This document shows positions 13,254-25,790 of a DNA stretch of 64,000 nt, in pieces. The translations under genes were made by a program, and so were the position numbers. The DNA comes from Macrostomum lignano (Eukaryota): the NCBI GenBank assembly GCA_002269645.1, contig NIVC01000163.1, positions 124,001 to 188,000 on the forward strand. Direction: 5' to 3'. The notes below the pieces were generated by a model. The model was given only the letters and a program-made list of their open reading frames with translations, was not told the DNA's origin and made no database searches. Each line of letters opens with the position of its first letter. The first letter of the stretch is position 1.

Positions 13254-13490
13254 TCGTTAAGCGCCTTCTCGCCGAACCAGTCGCCGCGGCCCATATTCCT
13301 GATGAAGACGCTCTCCCCGGTAGCCGAATCGCGCTTGGTCACCCGCACGTTGCCCTTGGCGATGATGTAGAACGTGTTGCCCTTGGCGCCCTGCCGGATA
13401 ATGTACTCGCCATTGGGATAGTGATCGGCCTCGAGTACGTCAGCCAGTTTGCTGAGAGTTTCTCCTGGCAGCTCTTTGAATGCTGGCACG
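13254..13490 (-). CDS. PRKG1: PKG exon 5 (CNB-B)
   Basis: SVPAFKELPGETLSKLADVLE...YIIRQGAKGNTFYII...GDWFGEKALN; ttgcag acceptor, GA|GTGAG donor. Confidence 0.96.
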
Positions 13491-13795
13491 CTGCAAATTA
13501 GTGCAATATGATTTTCACTTTTATTCAATAATGACCACTCCGATGCTTTGGTGGCTTCGCAATTCTTTCGCAACGACGCAGCCGTCTGCAGAGACGGCAC
13601 TCTCGACAGGCCGATCAGGCGCAGGTAGGCGAGACCGTTGCGCCTGCGCTTCAACGGCTGCCCATCGGATTGGGCATCGAGGTGAGCATCGGCGTCTGGC
13701 TTAAGCTGACGCTGCCGTCGCCACAGCGATGGAGATGTGACGCTTAATGAGGCAAACCGTTGAAGCGAACGACGCCAAGACTGCTTGGATTCCAT
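13491..13795 (-). CDS. Candidate internal alternative first exon of PKG, in frame with exon 5
   Basis: About 100 open codons run directly into exon 5. ATG context GCCATGG, TATATA at 13834-13839, GC-rich, contains RRNGL. No transcript evidence. Confidence 0.4.
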
Positions 13796-14039
13796 GGCTT
13801 TGCCAGTCTAGGGCTAACTGGTCACTGACTCTCTATATAGAGCAGATGGAGAGGCAGTTTCTGAGCCAGCATCTTACTGTTCTGCGATTGGAGAACTGAT
13901 GCCATAGGCTAGACGGGAAATAACTTTACCGATATTTCGATACATAATCGTTGAGAAACTATAAATCTAGGAGAAACGTGCCAAATGGTAGTTCATCCTT
14001 AACTATTATTTTCCGAAATTCTGGATCCTCTTCAATCCT

Positions 14040-14690
14040 TACCTCTCTCCCTCTACATGCTTATCTCTCACCATCTACATCCTTATCTCTCACCCTCTCT
14101 ACATCCTTATCTCTCACCCTCTACATGCTTATCTCTCACCATCTACATCCTTATCTCTCACCCTCTCTACATCCTTATCTCTCACCCTCTACATGCTTAT
14201 CTCTCACCATCTACATCCTTATCTCTCATCATCTACATCCTTATGTCTCACCCTCTCTACATCCTTATCTCTCACCCTCTACATGCTTATCTCTCACCAT
14301 CTACATCCTTATCTCTCACCCTCTCTACATCCTTATCTCTCACCCTCTACATGCTTATCTCTCACCATCTACATCCTTATCTCTCACCCTCTCTACATCC
14401 TTATCTCTCACCATCTACATCCTTATCTCTCACCCTCTCTACATCCTTATCTCTCACCCTCTACATGCTTATCTCTCACCCTCAACATCCTTATCTCTCA
14501 CCATCTACATCCTTATCTCTCATCATCTACATCCTTATCTCTCACCCTCTCTACATCCTCATCTCTCACCTTCTACATCCTCATCTCTCACCTTCTACAT
14601 CCTCATCTCTCAAACTCTACATCCTCATCTCTCACTTTACATCCTCATCTCTTACTCTACATCCTCATCTCTCACCCTCTATATCCTCTA
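14040..14690. repeat. About 22-bp minisatellite CTCTACATCCTTATCTCTCACC
   Basis: Direct reading. Confidence 0.92.
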
Positions 14691-15084
14691 CGCCCTTTTG
14701 TCCTACAAGCTCAATTCTGGAAAGTAAAAACTAACTTCAAAAGTAACAGTGTTTTTTAACCTGGTACATCACTATTTGGTACACGAGGCTAATAAGAATA
14801 AACTAATGAGTTAGAATTAAAAATTCTGCTCAAATGAATCTGCCAGAGCATTCATCTGGGAATTAACCCTATTGCATCATAAATATTAATCAGATAAAAA
14901 TCTTAAATGGACTAAAACGCTGACTCATTTGTATTTCATGTGCGCCTGTTGAAAGGTTCGTTTTAATAGAATGCTGAAAAAGCTGTTTAATATTCAATAA
15001 GCGAGAATTGAATCTGATTGACAGATAGTGAAACGAATACAGAGGAAATGTTAATGATAAAGATATAAAACTGCTGAGAGGAAA

Positions 15085-15750
15085 GGGAGCTAAGGACACA
15101 GGCACAGCTAAGGACACAGACACAGCTAAGGACACAGGCACAGCTAAGGACACAGACACAGCTAAGGACACAGACACAGCTAAGGACACAGGCACAGCTA
15201 AGGACACAGGCACAGCTAAGGACACAGGCACAGCTAAGGACACAGACACAGCTAAGGACACAGGCACAGCTAAGGACACAGGCACAGCTAAGGACACAGG
15301 CACAGCTAAGGACACAGGCACAGCTAAGGACACAGACACAGCTAAGGACACAGGCACAGCTAAGGACACAGGCACAGCTAAGGACACAGGCACAGCTAAG
15401 GACACAGACACAGCTAAGGACACAGGCACAGCTAAGGACACAGACACAGCTGAGGACACAGGCACAGCTAAGGACACAGGCACAGCTAAGGACACAGGCA
15501 CAGCTAAGGACACAGGCACAGCTAAGGACACAGGCACAGCTAAGGACACAGACACAGCTAAGGACACAGACACAGCTAAGGACACAGGCACAGCTGAGGA
15601 CACAGGCACAGCTAAGGACACAGACACAGCTAAGGACACAGACACAGCTAAGGACACAGGCACAGCTAAGGACACAGACACAGCTAAGGACACAGGCACA
15701 GCTAAGGACACAGGCACAGCTAAGGACACAGGCACAGCTAAGGACACAAG
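15085..15750. repeat. 18-bp minisatellite GCTAAGGACACAG(G/A)CACA
   Basis: Direct reading. Confidence 0.95.
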
Positions 15751-16269
15751 TCAATAGCCCATCAATAGTTAGTAACTCAGCAAGTTCCTTATTGCGTTAG
15801 AAGGGCAACGAAGCCTTAATTTATTAATGCCCGAACGCTTTTGCACGAAGCAGTCCCACCGGGTTCGTTAAGGGCGACTTAGAAAAGGAGAATCTTGGGG
15901 AGGACTTTTCAAGTCAGCCATGCTTCAGGGGCCGGACTGCACTGGGATCAGAACTCCCTCCCCTCTTCGGTTGAAATCTTTCTGAGTCTCTCTTTGTTAG
16001 CGCTAGAGTGAAGTCAGGGTGTGGAAATCTTCAAAAGCTTCTTTAGCTCACTGTGAGGTCCCAACAGGCACTGCGTGGAGAAACAGATTAAAATAGAAAA
16101 CGACAAAGCTTTTTATTCCACCCCGATGCGAACTTGTTTGGGTGAGTTTTAGTGATAGAAAATTCAGATTGAGCCCACTGCAGTGAGGAATTGCAATAGA
16201 AAGAATTGAAAAGATGGGATAGAGAGGAATAGGGTAAAGGTTTAGACAATTAGAGATACATACATGGAC

Positions 16270-16890
<621 letters not shown>

Positions 16891-17685
16891 ACAGACACTG
16901 CTAATATAATGTCTAATGGTTCAGGACCCCAATCAAGAGAGACAATAAAGGCACTAATAGCTTAATAGAACAATCCAAGGTGACACAAAGCCATTTAACT
17001 GTGTCTCGCTCAAAATAGCCAATCAATGCAGATCAAAAAAGCTTTCTCCTTTCCTTCGCATTCGTCCCTTTTTTACTCTTTTCCAGGTTAGGCTGGAAAA
17101 GTTCTATTGAATGCAGAGCAGGCAGCAAACAGATGCATTTCATCTGCACTGGACATTTAAGTCACTGCTTTGCCAAATATGGAATTCTCAGAATAAGGTG
17201 GGCGGCGGTAAGACAGAGTTCCCGCACCTATTCATGCCAGCTAATCGGTCTCACTGACGCACATTGAGTGAGAAACAAGACACCGTCGTGGGCGACTGTT
17301 GAACTGAACAAAAAGAACTTGAAACATTTCAAATCGCCTAAGCCACGCAAGCTGGTCATCTGGTTTTAAGTTGCAGCAACTTTCGGTTGAGCTCTAGACG
17401 GAACCAGTCATTGACAATCTGAGACAGCACGCGCATTTCAAAACCGATTCTCTGAGCCTCCTCTAGTTTGTCTGTCTGCATAGCGTTAATAGTTCACTGA
17501 AACTATGCCCGATAAACGATAGAAATGATGCAGTTTTTTTCGAAAATTGAACAATAATAGCAAAAAATCGCATCTACCTACTGACTTGCACATTAATAAG
17601 TAGAGAAGTACGACTTTTCAGTTAAAAAACGTCATAAAATATTTTTCAATATTTAAGAAAATACCAGTAGAGCGTCGGATCTCAC

Positions 17686-17791
17686 CTCTTCAAGAACTCC
17701 ATGTACTCTTTGTGCTTCAGCAGGCCCGTCTTCATCATAATTGATTGGAAAGTCTGTCGGTCAATGGCCCACAACTTGCAGTTGCTGAGGG
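17686..17791 (-). CDS. PRKG1: PKG exon 4
   Basis: [34 protein letters not shown]; ctcag acceptor, AG|GTGAG donor. Confidence 0.96.
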
Positions 17792-17889
17792 CTGAGTGGA
17801 AATAAGTAAAAATACATGCGTATGTAAACTGTTCAGAAATCGAGTTTAGTCGTATCTGATTCGTGCGTTTTTTGCTCATACAGCATTCA

Positions 17890-18450
17890 TTCAGGATCCC
17901 GATCCCCTCATTCAGAATCCCAATCCCTTCATTCAGGATCCTAATCCCTTCCTTCAGGATCCTAATCCCTTCCTTCAGGATCCTAATCTCTTCATTCAGG
18001 ATCCTAATCTCTTCATTCAGGATCCCGATCCCTTTATCCAGGATCCCGATTCCTTTATCGAGGATCCCGATTCCTTCATCCAGGATCCCGATCCCTTCAT
18101 CCAGGATCCCGATCCCTTCATCCAGGATCCCGATCCCTTCATCCAGGATCCCGATCCCTTCATCCAGGATCCGATCCCTTCATTTAGAATCTTGGTCCCT
18201 TCATCAAAGATCCCGATCCCTTTATTTAGGATCCCGATCCCTTTATTCAGGATCCCGATCCCTACATCCAGGATCCCGATCCCTTTATCCAGGATCACGA
18301 TCCCTTCATCCAGGATCCCAATCCCTTCATCCAGGATCCGATCCCTTCATCCAGGATCCAATCCCTTCATCCAGGATCCCGATCCCTTCATCCAGGATCC
18401 GATCCCTTTATCCAGGATCCAATCCCTTCATCCAGGATCCCGCTCCCCTA
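17890..18450. repeat. 21-bp minisatellite TCCCTTCATCCAGGATCCCGA
   Basis: Direct reading. Confidence 0.92.
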
Positions 18451-19650
18451 GACTTAGGAAATCCAAAAATTTACTTCAAACAACAGGTACTTTAACTATA
18501 GCTGGGACTTGCAGTGCAGTGAGCTACAATGTGAAAATTGGCAGGGTTAAGAGCGGCATTTTATTTCCTTGCTCACGCTACCTACTTACTACCTACACGG
18601 CTACACGCACCTATTTTCTCTGCTTTCTCTCTCTCTCCGTCGCTCCCACTGAGCAAGCTACCTACTGGGCACTTCCGCCGCGTGATTGATTGATTGCATC
18701 GATTGTTCCAGCAGGCTTGGATTGGCAAGATCTGCCTGACCGACCCCCCCCCCTCAGTGACTGCTAACTACACAGAGACATGCACTTGCAACCGGGATCC
18801 CAATCTGCTCTGCTCTGTTCAGGAGTGGCGCAGAGAAGCTCTTATTGCAGCACGATCGTTGCTGCTATCTGCTGAGCGGAAGTCAGCCATGCACTGTTAT
18901 TAATTGCTGTTTTATTGCATTGGTGAAAAATCACGAACTGTCAATGCGGAATCTTTCATTCTCATTCCTGATCCCAATTCACATCCCTAATCCCTAATCC
19001 TGATCCCAGTTCGCATCCCTAATCCTTCTGATCCCAGTTCACATCCTTAATCCTTCTGATCCCAGTTCACATCCCTAATCCTTCTGATCCCAGTTCACAT
19101 CCCTAATCCTTCTGATCCCAGTTCACATCCCTAATCCTTCTGATCCCAGTTCACATCCCTAATCCTTCTGATCCCAGTTCACATCTCTAATCCTTCTGAT
19201 CCCAGTTCAAATCCTTAATTGTTAATCCTGATCCCAACTCACATCTCAAATCCTTAATCCTGATCCCAGTTCACATCCCTAATCCTTCTGATCCCAGTTC
19301 ACATCCGTAATCCTTTTGATCCCACTTCACATCCCTAATCCTTAATCCTGATCCCAATTCACATCCCTAATCCTTAATGCTGATCCCAGTTCACATCCCT
19401 AATCCTTAATCCTGATCCCAACTCACATCTCAAATCCTTAATCCTGATCCCAGTTCACATCCCTAATCCTTCTGATCCCAGTTCACATCCGTAATCCTTT
19501 TGATCCCACTTCACATCCCTAATCCTTAATCCTGATCCCAATTCACATCCCTAATCCTTAATGCTGATCCCAGTTCACATCCCTAATCCTTAATCCTGAT
19601 CCCAATTCACATCTCAAATCCTTAATCCTGATCCCAATTCACATCCCTAA

Positions 19651-21615
19651 CCAATTCTCTTCCTGCCTAACCAGAATCCATAATTTGTCGGTTCCCGACT
19701 GCTTGGTAAGCAGTGCTTACCATAGATATTTTCTGGCATAGCATGTCACTTCCATTCCTGCCGGCTAGGCATACTGATCCAGCTTGGCTCAAACTGACAC
19801 GCTAGACGGGAAGGAAATGAACAGCACTACTGCTTTAGCCAATAAAACAGTTTCACTTGCTGCCTGCTTGGTATGCGCTGCTTACCATAGAAATCTGTGC
19901 TCAGACAGCAAGTCCCCTTTGTAGTAAAACTAGCTTTCTTACAGTAACACTCTTACCATCTTGTTTGTTAGCCTTTTCTCGCTAAATTTGACACAGTATT
20001 TACTCACTGATATCCTAAAGTACATGGCTTCTGCCTCTGAGATCGAATACATGACCTCTGACAGTGAAGCAAGCTTCGACTCCTACTTAACAATAGACGA
20101 GGAGCCTGGCGAGGAGGTTGGCGAAGAAGCACTGGATGGCAATCCTCCAACCATAGAAGGGCCTGACGGCAAGGAAGAACAGGAGTTTGCAGATGGCGAT
20201 GCTGCTGAAGTTGAGAATGTTTGGCGACTTGTCGAGCCTGGGTCCGATGAAGGGACAGAATGTTTTGAATTTACCGGAACTGCTGGCCTCAATCCGAACA
20301 GCTGAGCTGGCCAAGGACATTCTGGACCAGGGGTACAGAATATTTACCGACACCTGGTTTACATGATACAGGTTGTCCCAGTTCCTTATCGATCATTCAA
20401 CGTTCTTGGCGCGCACCGTGAGGCCAGACCGAGGAGTTCCGGCTCAGCTTCGGCAGGCTTTAGTGGTTCCGAATAATGTAGCTTTCGCGAGGAAGGGACG
20501 TGTTCTGATTGTGAAGGCTGTCGAGAGAAAGCAGAGTGGAGTCAAGACCTTGTATTTGCTGGACACGAAGGACGTTGCGTCAAAGGCAGAGAAAGTCAAG
20601 ATCAATCGAGCTGGTCAGCATGTGGCAGTGCAGAAGAGCCGCAGTGTGCTAACTTACAATCGCTGCATGGGTGGAGTGAACACGCTGGACGGCACCCTGC
20701 AGCCCTATGATGCCGGCAGAAAGACAACAAAACGGTTCCACAAGCTGGGTTTGCATATGTGCCTTCAAATGGTGCGCAACGCTTGGGTTCTGTACTGCAA
20801 GTGTGGTGGCCAGAATACTTTTATCAGATATCTCGAAGCCAGCATCCGTGATTTGATAGAGCGAACTGGAAATGGCAGGAAGCGACCATGCTGCAAACAG
20901 TTGCAGTCCCTGAGCAGCATTTTCCGGAGAAAATCCCAGGTCGTCCTACCCAGCCCAGACCTACGAAAAGGTGCAGAATGTGCTACAGTTCTGCCAGTTC
21001 CCGGCGCCAGTTTATTTCTGCAGCCGATGTCCAGGATGCCCGGGACTTTGTTTGTTAGATTGCTTCCAACGCTGGCATTCGCAGCGTTAAAGTACGAGCA
21101 TCGGCAGAATGGACTCACTTTCCGCTAAAACTAAAGTTTTCATCCTTTCTGTTTACTGTTTTTGGCTCTTGTCTTTAGCTCAAATTAGTTCACAACTCTT
21201 GATAATTTATATTAGTTTCACTAGTTATAGTTTCTGTAGTGCACGAGCCGTACGCTCTGTATGCGCAGTAAGTTCGATCAGCCAGAATATTATCAGGTTT
21301 TTTATTCTCGTTTTTGTTGTTTAACTCTGTATTAGTAAATTCGATTTCAAACTTTATTGAAGCCTCTTCGAACAAAATGTGTGTTTTTGAACCAAAGCAC
21401 AGAGGAACGTTACTGACGAAACAATTAAGAATGTAGAATGCAAAGCCTATAATTGTCAGAAAACAAGAAAACCTAGAATACTCATGGTAAGCAGTGCTTA
21501 CCATATCCGGCAAGAACGGATACTACCAATTTAGCCATAGAATTTAATTTACTCTGGTGGGCAGAAAGTTGAGTTGGGCCATGGTAAGCACTGCTTACCA
21601 TCAGTCTTCTCGTGT
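19651..21615 (+). mobile_element. Non-autonomous piggyBac element (left end approximate or truncated)
   Basis: Interrupts a satellite. TTAA at 21616-21619 on the right; four copies of the 19-bp palindrome TGGTAAG-N5-CTTACCA; transposase remnant inside. Confidence 0.85.
20024..21090 (+). pseudogene. piggyBac transposase pseudogene (internal deletion, stop, frameshifts)
   Basis: Acidic N-terminus to FEFTGTAG, jump to GYRIFTDTWFT-stop, then YNRCMGGVNTLD...RKTTKRFHKL...NAWVLY. Cys-rich tail is split over frames (KRCRMC; YFCSRCPGCPGLCLLDCFQRWH). Confidence 0.88.
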
Positions 21616-21890
21616 TTAATGCTGATCCCACTTCACATCCCTAATCCTTAATGCTGATCCCAGTTCACATCCCTAATCCTTCTGATCCCAGTTCAAATCC
21701 TTAATCCTTCTGATCCCAGTTCACATCCTTAATCCTTCTGATCCCAGTTCACATCCCTAATACTTAATCATCATCCCAGTTCACATCCCTAATCCTTAAT
21801 CCTGATCCCAATTCACATTTCTAATCCTTAATCCTGATCCCAATTCACATTTCTAATCCTTAATCCTTATCCCAATTCACATCCCTAATC

Positions 21891-21931
21891 CTTAAGAGTC
21901 AGACACGTTCGCCACTGAGCTTCTCTGCTCC
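21891..21931 (-). other. tRNA-Lys-like (SINE head) fragment at the edge of a satellite
   Basis: Minus strand reads AGCTCAGTGGCGAACGTGTCTGACTCTTAA: an A-box plus the GACTCTTAA anticodon arm of tRNA-Lys(CTT). Not a complete cloverleaf. Confidence 0.5.
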
Positions 21932-22299
21932 CTGTTAAAAAATACCTGCAGAGACTTTGCGAGCTATTAGCGACATCAAAAGAAATTTTCTACCTTCAAA
22001 TCCAAGGTTTCTTTGCATTGCCGAAATCGATATATGCAGTGCGTGTGTTGAAAGGTATTAGAGGCCCAGCCAGTCATCGCCAAGTTATCATATGGTTATT
22101 ATGAGTAGCACTTAGTTAAGCTTTAAATCCTCATTATTGATTGGGAAGTGGCGACAGAATGATGTCATTTACAGTCGACATTTTTTGCCGCACAGTCATG
22201 AAAGTACTGCACGAGATTATTTTTTATTTATTTATTGTAGAGATTAATGGATGATATAATAGCAATATAGAGATGGTCTTTTTGCGATAGGAACCAAAT

Positions 22300-23000
22300 G
22301 ATTCCTACCCGTTTATTGCAAATTCCTACCCGTTTATTGCAAATTCCTACCCGTTTATTGCAAATTCCTACCCGTTTATTGCAAATTCCTACCCGTTTAT
22401 TGCAAATTCCTACCCGTTTATTGCAAATTCCTACCCGTTTATTGCAAATTCCTACCCGTTTATTGCAAATTCCTACCCGTTTATTGCAAATTCCTACCCG
22501 TTTATTGCAAATTCCTACCCGTTTATTGCAGATTCCTACCTGTTAATTGCAGATTTCTACCTGTTTATTGCAGATTTATACTCGTCAATTGCAGATTTCT
22601 ACCCGTTAATTGCAGATTTCTACCTGTTTATTGCAGATTTATACCCGTCTATTGCAGACTTCTACCCGTCTATTGCAGACTTCTACCCGTGTGTTGCAGA
22701 CTTCTACCAGTTCATTGCAGAGTTACACTCGTCTATTGCAGATTTCTACACGTTTACTGCAGATTTACACTCGTCTACTGCAGATTTCTACGTGTTTATA
22801 GCAGATGTTGACCAGTTTATTTCAGATTTCTACCCGTTTATTGCAGATTTCTACCAGTTTATTTCAGATTTCTACCCGTTTATTGCAGATTTCTACCAGT
22901 TTATTGCAGATTTCTACCCGTTTATTGCAGATTTCTACCAGTTTATTGCAGATTTCTACCAGTTTATTTTAGATTTCTACCTGTTTATTGTAGATTTCTA
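22300..23000. repeat. 21-bp minisatellite TTCCTACCCGTTTATTGCAAA, degenerating rightward
   Basis: Direct reading. Confidence 0.92.
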
Positions 23001-23509
23001 CTCGTTCGAAACTAGAACCGATTGCGAATCATATTATCGATATGAAAACTTAAAAAAACTATTTATATGATTAGAAGAGGAGAGTAATAAGATAAAAAAT
23101 AGCCAAGATGAATAGCGAACTAAACGCCCAAGTCATTTTTGTCACATCGTTAGACCCAACTCAAGAGTGACAGGGAGAGAAGAGCTCTCTTCGCCCTGCT
23201 TCTTAACTGCAGGCTGACACACGCCTGGCAGGCACGAACGATACCCCAGCTCTCCCACCTCCCTAGAAATCTCGCCAAAATCCCCAGAGAAATTCTCGAC
23301 CACCAAGCAGCACCCCGTGATGAAGCTCTTCATTAGAGTGGTCCTCTTAAAAAAATTATCCTCCTAACGATCCGTGCTCGGGCGAAATTTCCCCAGTTGA
23401 CCTTTTAACTTACGAATAGAAGACGGAATTATCTCATTACCACCCGGTAAAGTCGGTTAATCTGTTTCTGTGTGCCTTAGCTAAACCATATTTTTGTCTA
23501 GCGTGCTCC

Positions 23510-23830
23510 ACTCTACCTCACTCTACCTGGGACCCACTTCTCTCCCCTATACCTGACTACCTCACTCTACCTGGTAGGGATCTACTTCTACCCCAATCTA
23601 CTCTATGTGGGATCTAATTCTATCCCACTCTACCTCAGTCTAACTGGGATCTACTTCTCTCTCCTCTACCTGGGATCTACTTCTCTCTCACTCTATCTGG
23701 GATCTACTTCTCTTTCACTCTACCTGGGATCTACTTCTCTCTCCTCTAGCTCACTCTACCTGGAATATACTTCTATCTCCTCTACCTCACTCTACCTGAG
23801 ATCTGCCTCACTCCCACTATATCTTCTCTA
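23510..23830. repeat. Degenerate repeat TCTACCTGGGATCTACTTCTCTC
   Basis: Direct reading, imperfect copies. Confidence 0.7.
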
Positions 23831-23908
23831 CCTTCAACTTACTGTGTCAGTCAATCCAAATCATTCTCTCCCTTTCTCAATGTTCGCACAGTCACCCTTC
23901 ATGCTCAC

Positions 23909-24025
23909 CCTTGACGGTGGCTGTCCGCTTGCAATTGTACAGAATAGCCAGCTCTCCGAACACTGTGCCAGAGCCAATCTCGTTGATTTTGTCGCCTTTT
24001 GTGTTCGTGACTTCGGCGGAACCCT
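23909..24025 (-). CDS. PRKG1: PKG exon 3 (CNB-A phosphate-binding cassette)
   Basis: [17 protein letters not shown]; tttcag acceptor, G|GTGAGC donor. Confidence 0.96.
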
Positions 24026-24079
24026 CTGAAAATTTACATTGAAGCAAAACTCTTGCAAAAGAATAGGGTACCGCACCAT

Positions 24080-24530
24080 TGAGAGACTGAAGATTAGAGG
24101 GTGGCATCACTGAGAGACTGAAGATTAGAGAGTGGCATCACTGAGAGACTGAAGATTAGAGGGTGGCATCACTGAGAGACTGAAGATTAGAGGGTGGCAT
24201 CACTGAGAGACTGAAGATTAGAGGGTGGCATCACTGAGAGACTGAAGATTAGAGGGTGGCATCACTGAGAGACTGAAGATTAGAGGGTGGCATCACTGAG
24301 AGACTGAAGATTAGAGGGTGGCATCACTGAGAGACTGAAGATTAGAGGGTGGCATCACTGAGAGACTGAAGATTAGAGGGTGGCATCACTGAGAGACTGA
24401 AGATTAGAGGGTGGCATCACTGAGAGACTGAAGTTTAGAGGGTGGCATCACTGAGAGACTGAAGATTAGAGGGTGGCATCACTGAGAGACTGAAGATTAG
24501 AGGGTGGCATCACTGAATGGCTGAAGACTC
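24080..24530. repeat. 31-bp minisatellite CACTGAGAGACTGAAGATTAGAGGGTGGCAT (PKG intron 2)
   Basis: Direct reading. Confidence 0.95.
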
Positions 24531-24532
24531 AC

Positions 24533-24699
24533 CTTCCATGACGTAGACCAGAGACCCGATCTCGCCCAATTTAATGATGAGCGCATTGGTCTTGTGAGTC
24601 ATGGGGTACATGTAGTCGATAATCTCGCTAATCTGAGCATTCTCCAGGTTTTTCATAAACGCATTCTCCAGGATAGCTCGACGAATGAGATCGCGAGTT
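24533..24699 (-). CDS. PRKG1: PKG exon 2 (start of CNB-A)
   Basis: TRDLIRRAILENAFMKNLENAQISEIIDYMYP...GSLVYVME; ttgcag acceptor, G|GTGAGT donor. Confidence 0.96.
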
Positions 24700-24929
24700 C
24701 TGCAAGATTGAAATAAATATTAAGTGCAATTTTTGTGATTAAGTTATGATGGTTGTAAAGCACCAATTTAAGATATTAGCAGTAATAAATAAAAATACAT
24801 TGATAAAGTGTCAGAAAGAGTCAAATTTAGAACCATAAAAAGGCTCATAACTAAGGCCCATACAGCCACACTAATTGAGAACCGTGTAGACACCGTGTAG
24901 ACACTCACTAGCTGATAATCATAAAGGCA

Positions 24930-25280
24930 ATCACTGAGGACCATGAAGACATTCACTAACTGAGGACCATGAAGGCATTCACTAACTGAGGACCATGAAG
25001 GCATTCACTAACTGAGGTCTATGAAGACATTCACTAACTGAGGTCTATGAAGACATTCACTAACTGAGGACCATGAAGACATTCACTAACTGAGGACCAT
25101 GAAGACATTCACTAACTGAGGACCATGAAGACATTCACTAACTCAGGACCATGAAGACATTCCCTAACTGAGGACCATGAAGACATTCACTAACTGAGGA
25201 CCATGAAGACATTCACTAACTGAGGACCATGAAGACATTCACTAACTGAGGACCATGAAGACATTCACTAACTGAAGACC
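24930..25280. repeat. 26-bp minisatellite GAGGACCATGAAGACATTCACTAACT
   Basis: Direct reading. Confidence 0.93.
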
Positions 25281-25476
25281 ATATCGACACTTACTGAATA
25301 TACCTTAAGACACTCTTAAGGACAATAAGGAGCCCAGCGGCCCGAATGAATGACCATAAAGAGACACGTGAGAACTAGAAGGTCGATAGAGACTAGTCAA
25401 CGAAAGTAAACGCTTGGAGAAAGCTTTAAAAAAGTTGCTGATCGCAAGTGACTGCAGAGCTTTAATCAATCTATAC

Positions 25477-25790
25477 CTAGTTGATTTCTCGCACGGTTTC
25501 ACATTGGAATTAGCAAATTCAGCCGAGGATTCGCCACTAATCGCTACCCGTTTTGTCCGCGGCACCAGCTGCCGATCAAACGAAGCGGCGCTCTGCAAGC
25601 TAGCAGCGTGACGTTCGGGCTGTTCGCGAGACAGCAACGACTGCAGCCGGCCGACCTCCTCTTGAAGCTGCTCAATCCTGGCGTCCTTGACGTCTAGCTC
25701 AATCTCTAATTCGTCTATGATTCTGTCGCGCTGTTTAACTTCCTCGATTTTTTGCTGCAAAGCCAGCTGCAGCTCGCGCAGGGTGCCCAT
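25477..25790 (-). CDS. PRKG1: PKG alternative first exon 1b (I-beta-like leucine zipper plus pseudosubstrate)
   Basis: MGTLRELQLALQQKIEEVKQRDRIIDELEIELDVKD closely matches vertebrate PKG I-beta [36 protein letters not shown]. Contains PRTKRVAISGE. Donor AG|GTATAG, phase 2. Predicted isoform 686 aa. Confidence 0.92.

Larger units (their letters stand above)
18965..21895. repeat. 28-32-bp minisatellite TGATCCCAGTTCACATCCCTAATCCTT(AATCC/C), split by piggyBac (arrays 18965-19650 and 21617-21895)
   Basis: Same unit on both sides of the element. Confidence 0.9.

Noticed and set aside
21891-21931. Functional tRNA gene (also considered at 384 and 38768)
   Set aside because: No acceptor-stem pairing or complete cloverleaf; these are SINE-type heads.
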